Source: an uncultured Pseudomonadales bacterium (GTDB lineage: Bacteria; Patescibacteriota; Microgenomatia; UBA1400; PJMF01). From it: 46,662 bases of DNA. Below the pieces are notes generated by a model. The model was not told where the DNA came from and searched no databases. It was given only the letters and a program-made list of their open reading frames with translations. Shown piece after piece: positions 1-7,132 of the stretch. The stretch is taken from NCBI GenBank assembly GCA_964515115.1, contig CAZESB010000005.1:1-46662 (forward strand). Reading direction: 5' to 3'. A program made the position numbers and the translations under genes. Within the stretch, counting starts at the first letter, position 1; each line of letters begins with the position of its first letter.

Positions 1-54
1 TAGAGCAACTGCCTTCTAAGCAGTAGGCCGCAGGTTCGAATCCTGCTTGGCGCA
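1..54 (+). tRNA. tRNA-Arg (anticodon TCT), 5' part cut by the window edge
   Basis: Anticodon stem actgc/gcagt with loop c-t-TCT-a-a. T-arm gcagg-ttcgaat-cctgc, then acceptor 3' strand ttggcgc plus discriminator a ending at 54. Confidence 0.85.
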
Positions 55-155
55 CTCAGAAACTGTTCCCAACCCATCGTCGATCTCTCATCTATTATTT
101 TTCTCTTACAAGCTTCTGCGGTTGAGTTAATTATCCTCGCTTATAGTTAGGACTC

Positions 156-503
156 ATGAATAGAAGAAGAACGACCTCACACACGGAAATCAAGCACTGG
201 GCGACCGAAAGAGGAGCCAAGCCTGCTTTGTCATATGTTTTGACTCAACAAGAAGGCGGAAAGCTAGAAAAAGAGTTGGTGTTTGTTTTTTCCGACTCAA
301 TTTCAGAATCGGCGGCTCTAAAGTTTTTAGACTGGGATAAGTTTCTCAGAATTTTTGATAAGCAAAGGTTATATTTACTTTACGACGAGGTGGAGCAGAA
401 AAGTGACTACTACAGTTTTGAGCAGTTAGAAAATCTTGAGAGTTTTTACGCTGATAATAGCAAAAATTGGCAGCAGAGAACTAAAACTATGGTTTATAAA
501 TAA
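156..503 (+). CDS. small conserved hypothetical protein
   Basis: ATG ORF of 115 aa. The N-terminal TTSHTEIKHWATERGAKPA stretch recalls a widespread small bacterial protein family of unknown function (recognised from memory, not searched). Confidence 0.55.
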   Translation: MNRRRTTSHTEIKHWATERGAKPALSYVLTQQEGGKLEKELVFVFSDSISESAALKFLDWDKFLRIFDKQRLYLLYDEVEQKSDYYSFEQLENLESFYADNSKNWQQRTKTMVYK

Positions 504-586
504 AAGTAAAAGCTAACCAACTAATTGATGCAAGGCGGAAATTTAGCCGTTGCTAGATTCCCCATTTTTGTTACGATGGTTCGGCT

Positions 587-1051
587 ATGGAATTAAAGAG
601 CCGCTATTATCTCAAGGTACCCAAATCAACAATTTTACTTACTTTTTTTGCTCTTTTTAATTTAATCGCTTTAAGTATCTATCTTTGGCTATCAGCCGCT
701 GCCATTCCACAATACTTGTTTTTTATTCTTTCTTTTGCCGGATTTTACATCGGTTTTTCGATCTTCAAAATCATCTGGTGGAACGTGTTTAGTCGCGGAT
801 GGCTGAAAATCACTTCGGAAAAGATCTCTTTCATGAAATACTTTTCGGCCACCACTATCAATATCGAGGATATTCTTGATATTAATATTCCCGGCCTGGA
901 TGATTCGGCGCCACTTTCCGACTGCATTAATATTTCGGCCATTGCTTCACATCTGCAGCAAACCACTTTTCAGATAATTATCCCCATGGTTTTCTTCCCT
1001 TTGGAGGACCAGGAATTACTGCCACTTCTCCTCAGCAGCGTGACAAAATAG
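587..1051 (+). CDS. hypothetical membrane protein
   Basis: ATG ORF of 154 aa with two N-terminal hydrophobic helices (ILLTFFALFNLIALSIYLWL and LFFILSFAGFYIGFSIF). No recognisable catalytic motif. Confidence 0.5.
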   Translation: MELKSRYYLKVPKSTILLTFFALFNLIALSIYLWLSAAAIPQYLFFILSFAGFYIGFSIFKIIWWNVFSRGWLKITSEKISFMKYFSATTINIEDILDINIPGLDDSAPLSDCINISAIASHLQQTTFQIIIPMVFFPLEDQELLPLLLSSVTK

Positions 1052-1067
1052 CCTGGTTTAGTATAAT
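1040..1067 (+). promoter_or_regulatory. putative sigma70-type promoter for tRNA-His
   Basis: GTGACA (1040-1045), a 16-nt spacer, then TATAAT (1062-1067), about 20 nt upstream of the tRNA 5' end. Confidence 0.4.
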
Positions 1068-1086
1068 ATAACTTCCACGTGTCGAT

Positions 1087-1161
1087 GGTGGTATTAGCTC
1101 AGTTGGTTAGAGCGCCTCCCTGTGGAGGAGGAGGTCGCCGGTTCGAGTCCGGTATACCACC
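1087..1161 (+). tRNA. tRNA-His (anticodon GTG) with extra 5' G(-1)
   Basis: Acceptor gtggtat/ataccac preceded by G-1 opposite discriminator C. D-arm gctc-agttggtta-gagc. Anticodon stem cctcc/ggagg with loop c-t-GTG-g-a. T-arm with ttcgagt loop. Confidence 0.9.
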
Positions 1162-1236
1162 CAGACTTTTAGCATGATTACCCCCCCCTAGCGAGAATCA
1201 AAGTGATTATTGCAAATCCATCTGAGTAGTAATTAT

Positions 1237-1245
1237 TGCTATAAT
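1237..1245 (+). promoter_or_regulatory. extended -10 box (TGcTATAAT) placed for a leaderless ANT(6) transcript
   Basis: TGCTATAAT at 1237-1245, with 6 nt between the hexamer and the ATG at 1252. No Shine-Dalgarno sequence. Confidence 0.45.
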
Positions 1246-1251
1246 TTGCCT

Positions 1252-2088
1252 ATGAATACTTCAAAAGATTTGGTTATAGAAAAATTAAAAAAGTGGGCTG
1301 AGGTAGAAGAAACAGTATTGGCATCAATCTTAACTAGTTCAAGAGCTAATGCTAGCTCTAACGTGGACGAGCTCTCTGATTATGATGTGGCGCTGTATGT
1401 TAGAGATTCAAGTAAATATCTTAATGATGACTGGTTAACTACTTTTGGAGATGTTCTGATCAAATGGCCAGAGCAACCTCAGACAACTTTCGACAAAAAT
1501 TGGATCACAAGGTTAGTTTTATTCCAAAACAAAACAAGAATAGACTTTCAAATCACGACTAATGCATTGATTCCCCCTTCTGACTATGATTTTGGTTACC
1601 AAGTTCTAGTAGATAAAGAAAATATAGCTACAAACTTTCCCAAAGCAACTTTGAGTGAGCAAATTATCAAAAAACCTACGCAAGCTGAGTTCGCTACTCT
1701 TATCAACGATTACTATTGGGATAGTACCTATGTAATTAAAAACATAATTAGAGGCGATCTTTTTTATGCAAAATATATGTTTGATTCAGTAATGAGGTTT
1801 GAATACTTTGAAAAAATGATTGAGTGGTACATTGGTTCAGCAAATTCATGGAGTGTAGGAACCAATAAGCACGGTCGAGATTTTCAGAAATATCTGGATC
1901 AGTCCACCTGGGATGAGATACAACAAACATTCGCTGGTGCTGACTTACAGCAAACTAAAACTGCTTTTTACAAAATGAATGAGCTTTTCAATAGGTTAGC
2001 AAAATTTGTTGCTAAAGATCTGAACTACAAATTTCCAGATGATTTAGTCGAACATATGAATAGATATTTTAGTTCGGTCAATAAATAA
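1252..2088 (+). CDS. aminoglycoside 6-adenylyltransferase, ANT(6)/AadK family
   Basis: Collinear resemblance to B. subtilis AadK (recalled from memory). Matching stretches are SDYDVALYV; RIDFQI; EFATLINDYYWDSTYVIKNIIRGDLFYAKYMFDSVMRFEYFEKMIEWYIG; and YKFPDD near the C-terminus. I prefer the ATG at 1252 over the TTG at 1210 in the ORF track. Confidence 0.8.
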   Translation: MNTSKDLVIEKLKKWAEVEETVLASILTSSRANASSNVDELSDYDVALYVRDSSKYLNDDWLTTFGDVLIKWPEQPQTTFDKNWITRLVLFQNKTRIDFQITTNALIPPSDYDFGYQVLVDKENIATNFPKATLSEQIIKKPTQAEFATLINDYYWDSTYVIKNIIRGDLFYAKYMFDSVMRFEYFEKMIEWYIGSANSWSVGTNKHGRDFQKYLDQSTWDEIQQTFAGADLQQTKTAFYKMNELFNRLAKFVAKDLNYKFPDDLVEHMNRYFSSVNK

Positions 2089-2134
2089 GTAATTTTTATA
2101 TCCTGATGGCTGATATTTGTGAGATTTCATTAAG

Positions 2135-2259
2135 CCTCAACCTAACCAACCCCACCTGCACCGCATCATCAAAAGCTGATAAAATACGCTCAATAGACTT
2201 GATAATACCCGAGTCCAGATCTAAACTTGTATTTCTGGGTATTGGACCCATTGCTTTTA
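2135..2259 (+). repeat. cassette-boundary repeat R1
   Basis: cctcaacctaaccaacccc-ACCTGCACCGCATCATCAAA...AAACTTGTATTTCTGGGTATTGGACCC-attg-CTTTTA. The 96-nt core spans 2154-2249. Same orientation as R2-R5. Confidence 0.9.
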
Positions 2260-2375
2260 AGCCACAACTTGTCCCCCTTACTAATACTTGTAAGTAACTT
2301 CATTCCTCAATGATTTCGCATTGGACTGATACAATAAACGCAATTGTCAAAAACTGAGTAAAATCAGGAAGATCT

Positions 2376-2831
2376 ATGAGAATAATCCACCGCACTATAG
2401 TTGCTGCTCTCATTTTTTCTAAAGATGGCAAATTGCTCATTGGAATGAAAGACCAAGCCAAAGGTGGCGTATATACTGATTGTTGGCACATCCCGGGAGG
2501 TGGTATTGACGAAGGTGAAGACAAAATTACCACTCTGAAAAGAGAATTGGTAGAAGAAGTTGGTCTTGATATAACAAACCAGAAGATCAGCTTAGTGAGC
2601 GAAGATGGTAAGGGAGAAAGCGAAAAAACACTCGCAAATGGGGAGAAAGTACTTTGTGAAATGAGTTTTTATGTTTATAGGGTGGATCTAGATCAAGATG
2701 CTATCGTAGTACAAGTTGAACTTAATGATGACCTAGTTAAAACCGAATGGGTAAACTTGGATCAACTCTCCAACTATAAGCTTACGCCACCTTCGATTCA
2801 ACTATTCACAAAACTTGGCTGGCTTGAATAG
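2376..2831 (+). CDS. Nudix hydrolase
   Basis: Nudix box GGGIDEGEDKITTLKRELVEEVGL (GX5EX7REUXEEXGU). AGGAAG Shine-Dalgarno 6 nt upstream of the ATG. Confidence 0.85.
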   Translation: MRIIHRTIVAALIFSKDGKLLIGMKDQAKGGVYTDCWHIPGGGIDEGEDKITTLKRELVEEVGLDITNQKISLVSEDGKGESEKTLANGEKVLCEMSFYVYRVDLDQDAIVVQVELNDDLVKTEWVNLDQLSNYKLTPPSIQLFTKLGWLE

Positions 2832-2856
2832 AATAAAGTTGTCTTATCTCAGTAGA

Positions 2857-2980
2857 CCGTAGCCTCACCACCCCAACCTGCGCCGCATCATCAAAAGCTG
2901 TTAGAATTCGCTCAATAGAACTTGTAATAACCGAATCCAGATCTAAACTTGTATTTCTGGGTATTGGACCCATCCTTTTA
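2857..2980 (+). repeat. cassette-boundary repeat R2
   Basis: Aligns without gaps to R1 at an offset of +722. The core spans 2876-2971, with about 11 mismatches in 96 nt by hand count. GGACCC is followed by atc-CTTTTA. Confidence 0.9.
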
Positions 2981-3097
2981 ACCTGAAACAAGATACCCTG
3001 ACTGATAATTACAAGTATTCTTCCTCTTTAAATTGGTGGATTTTTAACTTAATTTTCAGAACCAAGAAAAGCAATATTTTGATATGATGTATGTAAT

Positions 3098-3925
3098 ATG
3101 AAAATACTAGTTATAGGTGATATACACATTGGTGATTCTAGAGAATCCACAACTCATCCAGGTATCGTTAGACAAGCAAACACACAATCGGAAAAAACTC
3201 TAAAAGATTTAATTCCAAAACTTAATAATTTTGGTTTTGATCTAGTTGTTCATTCTGGTGATGCATTAAGGGATACATACGAAAAAGAAGTTGATGAGAC
3301 AAACCTCACCAAGACACTTACCTTATTAAGTGAACTGAAAGTGCCAACAATTCATCTAATTGGAAATCATGAACTCAGGGCATTCTCAAGAAACGAGGTT
3401 GAAAACATTTATAGAAAAGCAAAAATAGATCCCATATTCTATGGCATGCAGGAGTACTCCGATTTTCGCATTGTATGGTTAGATATCGAGTTGGATAGTA
3501 ATGATAAAGCATATTTACCTAAAAACACACTCGAATGGCTTGACACGCTACCCAAAGATAACAAGCCATCAATTATTTTTTCTCATTACTCATTAATACC
3601 GATAGATGAAAAAGGCACTTTTTACTTTGAGAAACAACCAGAAACCATGCACCTAGAAAATGCTACTGATGTTCGAACAGCTCTCGCCCATATAAACCCA
3701 CTGATTCATATTAACGGCCATGTGCATTTACTTACCCACCAACAAGAAAACAAAACCCACTATATTTCAGCTCCGTCTTTTTCTGAAAACATTGCGGGCG
3801 AAACTCACTTAGACAACAATCCAGGTATCTATTCAGTTTTAGAAATAAAGGACACTACTTTTGTTTTTTCCACTTACAGCGGTCAATTTACATTTGCAAA
3901 AATTCAAGGAGAACTAGAAAAATAA
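3098..3925 (+). CDS. metallophosphoesterase (calcineurin-like)
   Basis: Motifs GDIHIGD, GDALRD, GNHE and GHVH appear in canonical order. Confidence 0.8.
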   Translation: MKILVIGDIHIGDSRESTTHPGIVRQANTQSEKTLKDLIPKLNNFGFDLVVHSGDALRDTYEKEVDETNLTKTLTLLSELKVPTIHLIGNHELRAFSRNEVENIYRKAKIDPIFYGMQEYSDFRIVWLDIELDSNDKAYLPKNTLEWLDTLPKDNKPSIIFSHYSLIPIDEKGTFYFEKQPETMHLENATDVRTALAHINPLIHINGHVHLLTHQQENKTHYISAPSFSENIAGETHLDNNPGIYSVLEIKDTTFVFSTYSGQFTFAKIQGELEK

Positions 3926-3935
3926 GGAAGAAAAT

Positions 3936-4286
3936 ATGCCATTAAAGTTTCAAATTAAACACATTTCACAAATTCCGTTCGAAGGAACCCATGCATTACC
4001 AAATACTAGGCAGACTCTTGCGACAAAAGATGATGTTGTTACTGACAACATTGATGCACTCACCAAAGGTGTTTTACCACCCGGAAAAGTTTGGGATTGG
4101 CATAAGCACGAAGAACATGATGAGCTCTGCATCGTATTGAAAGGTGAAGGGAAGTTCTTTTGGGAGGATGAAGTCGTTGACTACAAACCAGAAGATGTGA
4201 TTATTATTCCTGCTAACAGCACACATAAAATTGAAGCACTTGGCGATGTTAATAATGAGTTTTATTTTGTAAGAATCAAAATTTAA
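3936..4286 (+). CDS. cupin domain protein
   Basis: Cupin motif 1 WDWHKHEEHDELCIVLKGEG and motif 2 IIIPANSTHKIEALG. AAGGAAG Shine-Dalgarno upstream. Only 10 nt after the preceding gene, so probably one transcription unit. Confidence 0.8.
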   Translation: MPLKFQIKHISQIPFEGTHALPNTRQTLATKDDVVTDNIDALTKGVLPPGKVWDWHKHEEHDELCIVLKGEGKFFWEDEVVDYKPEDVIIIPANSTHKIEALGDVNNEFYFVRIKI

Positions 4287-4327
4287 CATCAACTAGTAAT
4301 AGTATTGATTGCAACTATCTCACCCAG

Positions 4328-4392
4328 TCTCAATCTCACCAACCCCACCTGCACCACATCATCAAAAGAATCAGTAAAACTCGGATCAATAG
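4328..4392 (+). repeat. cassette-boundary repeat R3 (left half only)
   Basis: tctcaatctcaccaacccc-ACCTGCACCACATCATCAAAAG...CAATAG matches the first ~60 nt of R1/R4. The match then stops abruptly at the TTGACA of the TA promoter. Confidence 0.8.
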
Positions 4393-4426
4393 TTGACAAA
4401 CTGTAGTTTATAACCTACAATACAAT
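4393..4426 (+). promoter_or_regulatory. consensus-like promoter plus palindromic operator of the TA cassette
   Basis: TTGACA (4393-4398), exactly 17 nt, then TACAAT (4416-4421), followed by a second overlapping TACAAT (4421-4426) 6 nt from the ATG at 4433. The imperfect palindrome tgtagtttataacctaca (4402-4419) spans the spacer and -10. Confidence 0.6.
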
Positions 4427-4432
4427 TGTATC

Positions 4433-4744
4433 ATGGAAATCCTAAAAACAGACAGCTTCGATAAGTGGTTAAAGAAATTAAAGGATAAAAAAGCTAAAGC
4501 AATTATCCAAGTAAGCATCAACCGCTTGATCGAAGAAAATATAGGAAAAACAAGATCTCTAGGAGAAGGAATTCACGAAAAGAAAATTAATTATGGACCT
4601 GGATACAGACTATATTTTATAAACCACAACCAAAGCATAATAGTTTTGCTTTGTGGAGGAAATAAATCAACCCAACAAAGTGATATTAAACAAGCGAAAA
4701 TCATAGCTAAAGAAGTAAATATAGAAATGAAAGGAAAAATATGA
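4433..4744 (+). CDS. addiction-module killer protein (RelE/ParE superfamily, HigB/Gp49-like)
   Basis: FDKWLKKL...YRLYF...IIVLLCGGNKSTQQSDIKQAK is the signature of the 'putative addiction module killer' family. The stop overlaps the next gene's start by 4 nt (ATGA). Confidence 0.8.
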   Translation: MEILKTDSFDKWLKKLKDKKAKAIIQVSINRLIEENIGKTRSLGEGIHEKKINYGPGYRLYFINHNQSIIVLLCGGNKSTQQSDIKQAKIIAKEVNIEMKGKI

Positions 4745-5013
4745 AAATCACAAAATACAACGCAACCGATTATCTAAAAACAGAAGCAGATATCAAAGAA
4801 TACCTCAACGCTTCTTTTGAAACTGGAGACAGCAAACTAATTGCCAGAGCACTTGGCGATGTAGCCAAAATTAAAGGCATGAGCAAAGTTGCTAGGGCTA
4901 CTAAATTAGACAGAAGTAGTTTGTACAATTCCCTTACAACCGAGGGTGATCCAAAATTAAGTACTTTAACCAAACTCATTGAAAGCTTTGGGTATACTTT
5001 TTCAGTTAAATAA
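4741..5013 (+). CDS. addiction-module antidote protein (HigA-like HTH)
   Basis: YLKTEADIKEYLNASFETGDSKLIARALGDVAKIKGMSKVARATKLDRSSLYNSL is the typical antidote HTH. Translationally coupled to the killer gene. Confidence 0.8.
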   Translation: MKITKYNATDYLKTEADIKEYLNASFETGDSKLIARALGDVAKIKGMSKVARATKLDRSSLYNSLTTEGDPKLSTLTKLIESFGYTFSVK

Positions 5014-5032
5014 TGTTGCTGATTTCTGCTAG

Positions 5033-5172
5033 TCGCAACCTCACCAACCCCACCTGCACCACATCATCAAATGCTGTTAAAATCCGCTCAATAGACTTCG
5101 CAACAACCGAGTCCAGCTCTAAACTTGTATGTCTGGGTATTGGACCCCAAACTTTTATCTTCGGTTGAGTTA
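5033..5172 (+). repeat. cassette-boundary repeat R4 (with downstream CGGTTGAGTTA box)
   Basis: Aligns without gaps to R1 at an offset of +2898. The core spans 5052-5147, with about 12 mismatches in 96 nt. GGACCC is followed by caaa-CTTTTA. The 11-mer cggttgagtta at 5162-5172 recurs at 118-128. Confidence 0.9.
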
Positions 5173-5253
5173 CCTTAACCAATAATTAAAAGAAGCTTAG
5201 TAAGCTAGGCTGACTATGATTGTTAATTCACAATAATCTGTTATTCTAAATCT

Positions 5254-5679
5254 ATGATTACAATAAATCCTTGGGTTAATTTCAACGGTAATGCTGAAGA
5301 AGCATTTAGCTTTTATAAATCTGTTTTTGGGGGAGACTTTTCAAAAGTCATACGCTTCAAAGATATCGCAACGGAGGAATTTCCTGTAGCAGAAAATGAA
5401 GCAGAAAAAATAATGTACATTGCATTACCTATTGGGAATGGTGCGATGATGATAGCCAATGATGTCCCAGAAGTTTTGGGGCGAGTCAATGAACGCGAAA
5501 ATCGTAGCAAAATTGTGGTAAGTACTGGAAGTAAAGAAGAAGCAGACAGATTATTTTCTGCCCTTTCTGCTGGAGGAGAAGTAGAAGGACCGATAGGTGA
5601 CAGTCCCTGGGGTTCGTATGCGGGTATGTTTCGAGATAAATACGGTATTGAGTGGATAATTGAATTTACCCCAAACTAA
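5254..5679 (+). CDS. VOC/glyoxalase-fold protein (PhnB-like)
   Basis: INPWVNFNGNAEEAFSFYKSVFGG...ANDVPE...DKYGIEWII is the typical PhnB / 3-demethylubiquinone-9 3-methyltransferase-domain pattern. Confidence 0.75.
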   Translation: MITINPWVNFNGNAEEAFSFYKSVFGGDFSKVIRFKDIATEEFPVAENEAEKIMYIALPIGNGAMMIANDVPEVLGRVNERENRSKIVVSTGSKEEADRLFSALSAGGEVEGPIGDSPWGSYAGMFRDKYGIEWIIEFTPN

Positions 5680-5740
5680 TAGAGTCAGAGCATACACACA
5701 TTTTTTTTCAGATCTGCTTGAGATTTTTGATTTCGTTTAA

Positions 5741-5856
5741 TCGCAGATCAACCAGCTCAAACTGCACCGCATCATCAAACACTGCCAAAATACGACTAAC
5801 ACACCGAGAGATTACTTCATTAAACTGTTCATTTGTAATACTTGGTGACGGACCCC
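5741..5856 (+). repeat. cassette-boundary repeat R5 (divergent copy)
   Basis: AACTGCACCGCATCATCAAAC...AAAATACG on the left and TTTGTAAT...GGTGACGGACCC on the right. The core spans 5760-5855 and is exactly 96 nt as in R1/R2/R4. The central ~30 nt is essentially unrelated. About 60/96 identical to R1 by hand count. Confidence 0.7.
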
Positions 5857-5898
5857 AGGTAATCGCGTTTCATTATGACAAACTAAAAAACAAGACCC

Positions 5899-6786
5899 AT
5901 GACAGACGAATCACTGAGATTACCACAAGCATTACAGTGGGAAAAAATTACTTCTGATAACCGAGAGCTTTCTCCCGAACAACAGGAGAAGTTTGCTCAA
6001 GTCATTGGTCGGACATTAGCATCATCGGAAGTTCTTAGACTTCAAGCCCAAGAGCAAGGTATCAATATCTCAAAAGATTCAATTCAAACAACTTTTATTT
6101 TGCTTGCTGAGGTCATATACGACCTTTTAGAAGCCTCCTCAATAGACACTATTCCCTACATCATTCCTGTTCCTAACCTGGATGAAAAAAAGATTGCGGC
6201 TTACACTAAAGACCTTGAAACAGGTCGGCATCTCATCATTTTTAGCTCAAAGAAAATTGCTCAAGCTGCACAAGTTTTAGAAGATGCAGCAAACGATACC
6301 CCTCCTATACAACTCACTACAGATGAACTAGCTGAGGCAGTATATGCAATCGCTCACGAAATGGGACACCTGCGTCAGAGTGAAAAACTTCCATATTTCC
6401 ATGAAAAAGAAGCTCATAATACAGGCAATTGGGAACATACCCAAGAAAATCTTATGGCATATAATAATGACTTAGCAGAAACAAATGCCCATGCTGTAGC
6501 CATTCGTTATCTCAAAGCAAAAAAACAAGCGGAGCAACAAAGTCCGCTGTGGCAAGCGTTAGATTTTTCTAGAGTGATAGGTCGTACTATAGAAATACAA
6601 GGCAGGCACAAAATGTTAGCTGATATTCTCAAAGTTAACAAAATTATCGATGAAAGAGATGAAACTATAGATTCGGAAACCTATACGAGATTGCAAAAAA
6701 GAGCAAAGTTATTGGTGGAAAGGATTCAAAGTAGCTACGCTAGACTTGATAAAGCTCATGAGAAACTTGGGAGTACGACACTCTAA
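5899..6786 (+). CDS. hypothetical protein with HEXXH zinc-metallopeptidase-like motif
   Basis: ATG ORF of 295 aa. The only recognisable element is AIAHEMGHLRQSE (HEXXH). The rest is helical and charged, and I cannot assign a family. Confidence 0.55.
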   Translation: MTDESLRLPQALQWEKITSDNRELSPEQQEKFAQVIGRTLASSEVLRLQAQEQGINISKDSIQTTFILLAEVIYDLLEASSIDTIPYIIPVPNLDEKKIAAYTKDLETGRHLIIFSSKKIAQAAQVLEDAANDTPPIQLTTDELAEAVYAIAHEMGHLRQSEKLPYFHEKEAHNTGNWEHTQENLMAYNNDLAETNAHAVAIRYLKAKKQAEQQSPLWQALDFSRVIGRTIEIQGRHKMLADILKVNKIIDERDETIDSETYTRLQKRAKLLVERIQSSYARLDKAHEKLGSTTL

Positions 6787-6821
6787 CAAGCTCCCGTGAT
6801 CTGCTCCCAAGTGTTTTTTTT
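6765..6821 (+). terminator. putative intrinsic terminator
   Basis: acttgggag (6765-6773) pairs with ctcccaagt (6804-6812) and is followed by g plus eight T (6814-6821). The loop is long (~30 nt), so this is only moderately convincing. Confidence 0.4.
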
Positions 6822-6916
6822 CGAGAGTTTCAGGCACTCATTAACATGCGTTGAAACCATTAGTGTCTGTTACAATTATTGTATTATCAAACTACTCTAA
6901 AATACTTGATGTCGCT

Positions 6917-7132
6917 ATGCAACTTGGCACCTACAAACACTACAAAGGCAAATATTACCAAGTGATTGGGATCGCCAAGCATAGTGAAACTGAAGAAGAC
7001 TTAGTTGTGTACTTCTGCCTTTATCCTAATAAAAAAGGACAGATCTGGGTACGACCACTAAAAATGTTCCAAGAGACAGTAAGCATTGGCGGCAAAGAAG
7101 TGCCAAGATTTCAACTACAAGCACGCACTTGA
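6917..7132 (+). CDS. DUF1653-family small protein
   Basis: GTYKHYKGKYYQVIGIAKHSETEEDLVVYFCLY...IWVRPLKMF is the characteristic DUF1653 pattern. I prefer the ATG at 6917 over the TTG at 6851. Confidence 0.7.
   Translation: MQLGTYKHYKGKYYQVIGIAKHSETEEDLVVYFCLYPNKKGQIWVRPLKMFQETVSIGGKEVPRFQLQART

Noticed and set aside
2249-3098. Identical 127-nt distance from GGACCC to the next start codon after R1 and R2, taken as evidence that the repeat is about 250 nt long
   Set aside because: At the fixed offset the intervening sequences share only short patches (CTTTTAA and a ttc(a)ttcctc block about 50 nt downstream) and otherwise look unrelated. The equal spacing may be coincidental.
2135-5856. Classical integron attC sites (R''-L''...L'-R' imperfect hairpins)
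   Set aside because: I compared the left arm of each copy with the reverse complement of its right arm and flank and found no extended pairing. Only isolated 5-7-mers match, such as tcgcaac / gttgagt in R4 (5 of 7 pairs). No L''/L' partner is present, and the GTTRRRY candidate is missing from R1, R2 and R5. No intI gene lies in the window. A covariance-model scan is still needed to exclude attC formally.
2135-5856. Diversity-generating retroelement template/variable repeats
   Set aside because: Differences between copies are not confined to adenine positions. The copies are intergenic rather than at the 3' end of a target gene. No reverse transcriptase is present in the window.
2106-5957. 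Repeats as bona fide small protein genes under purifying selection
   Set aside because: Many R1/R2 differences looked synonymous at first. However, the open plus frame and the open minus frame share third-codon positions, so the signal cannot assign a strand. By hand count only about 4 of 10-11 core substitutions (R1 vs R2 and R1 vs R4) fall on third positions, which is not clearly above one third. Start codons are also missing in R2 (plus frame) and R5 (minus frame). I keep this as an open question, not a call.
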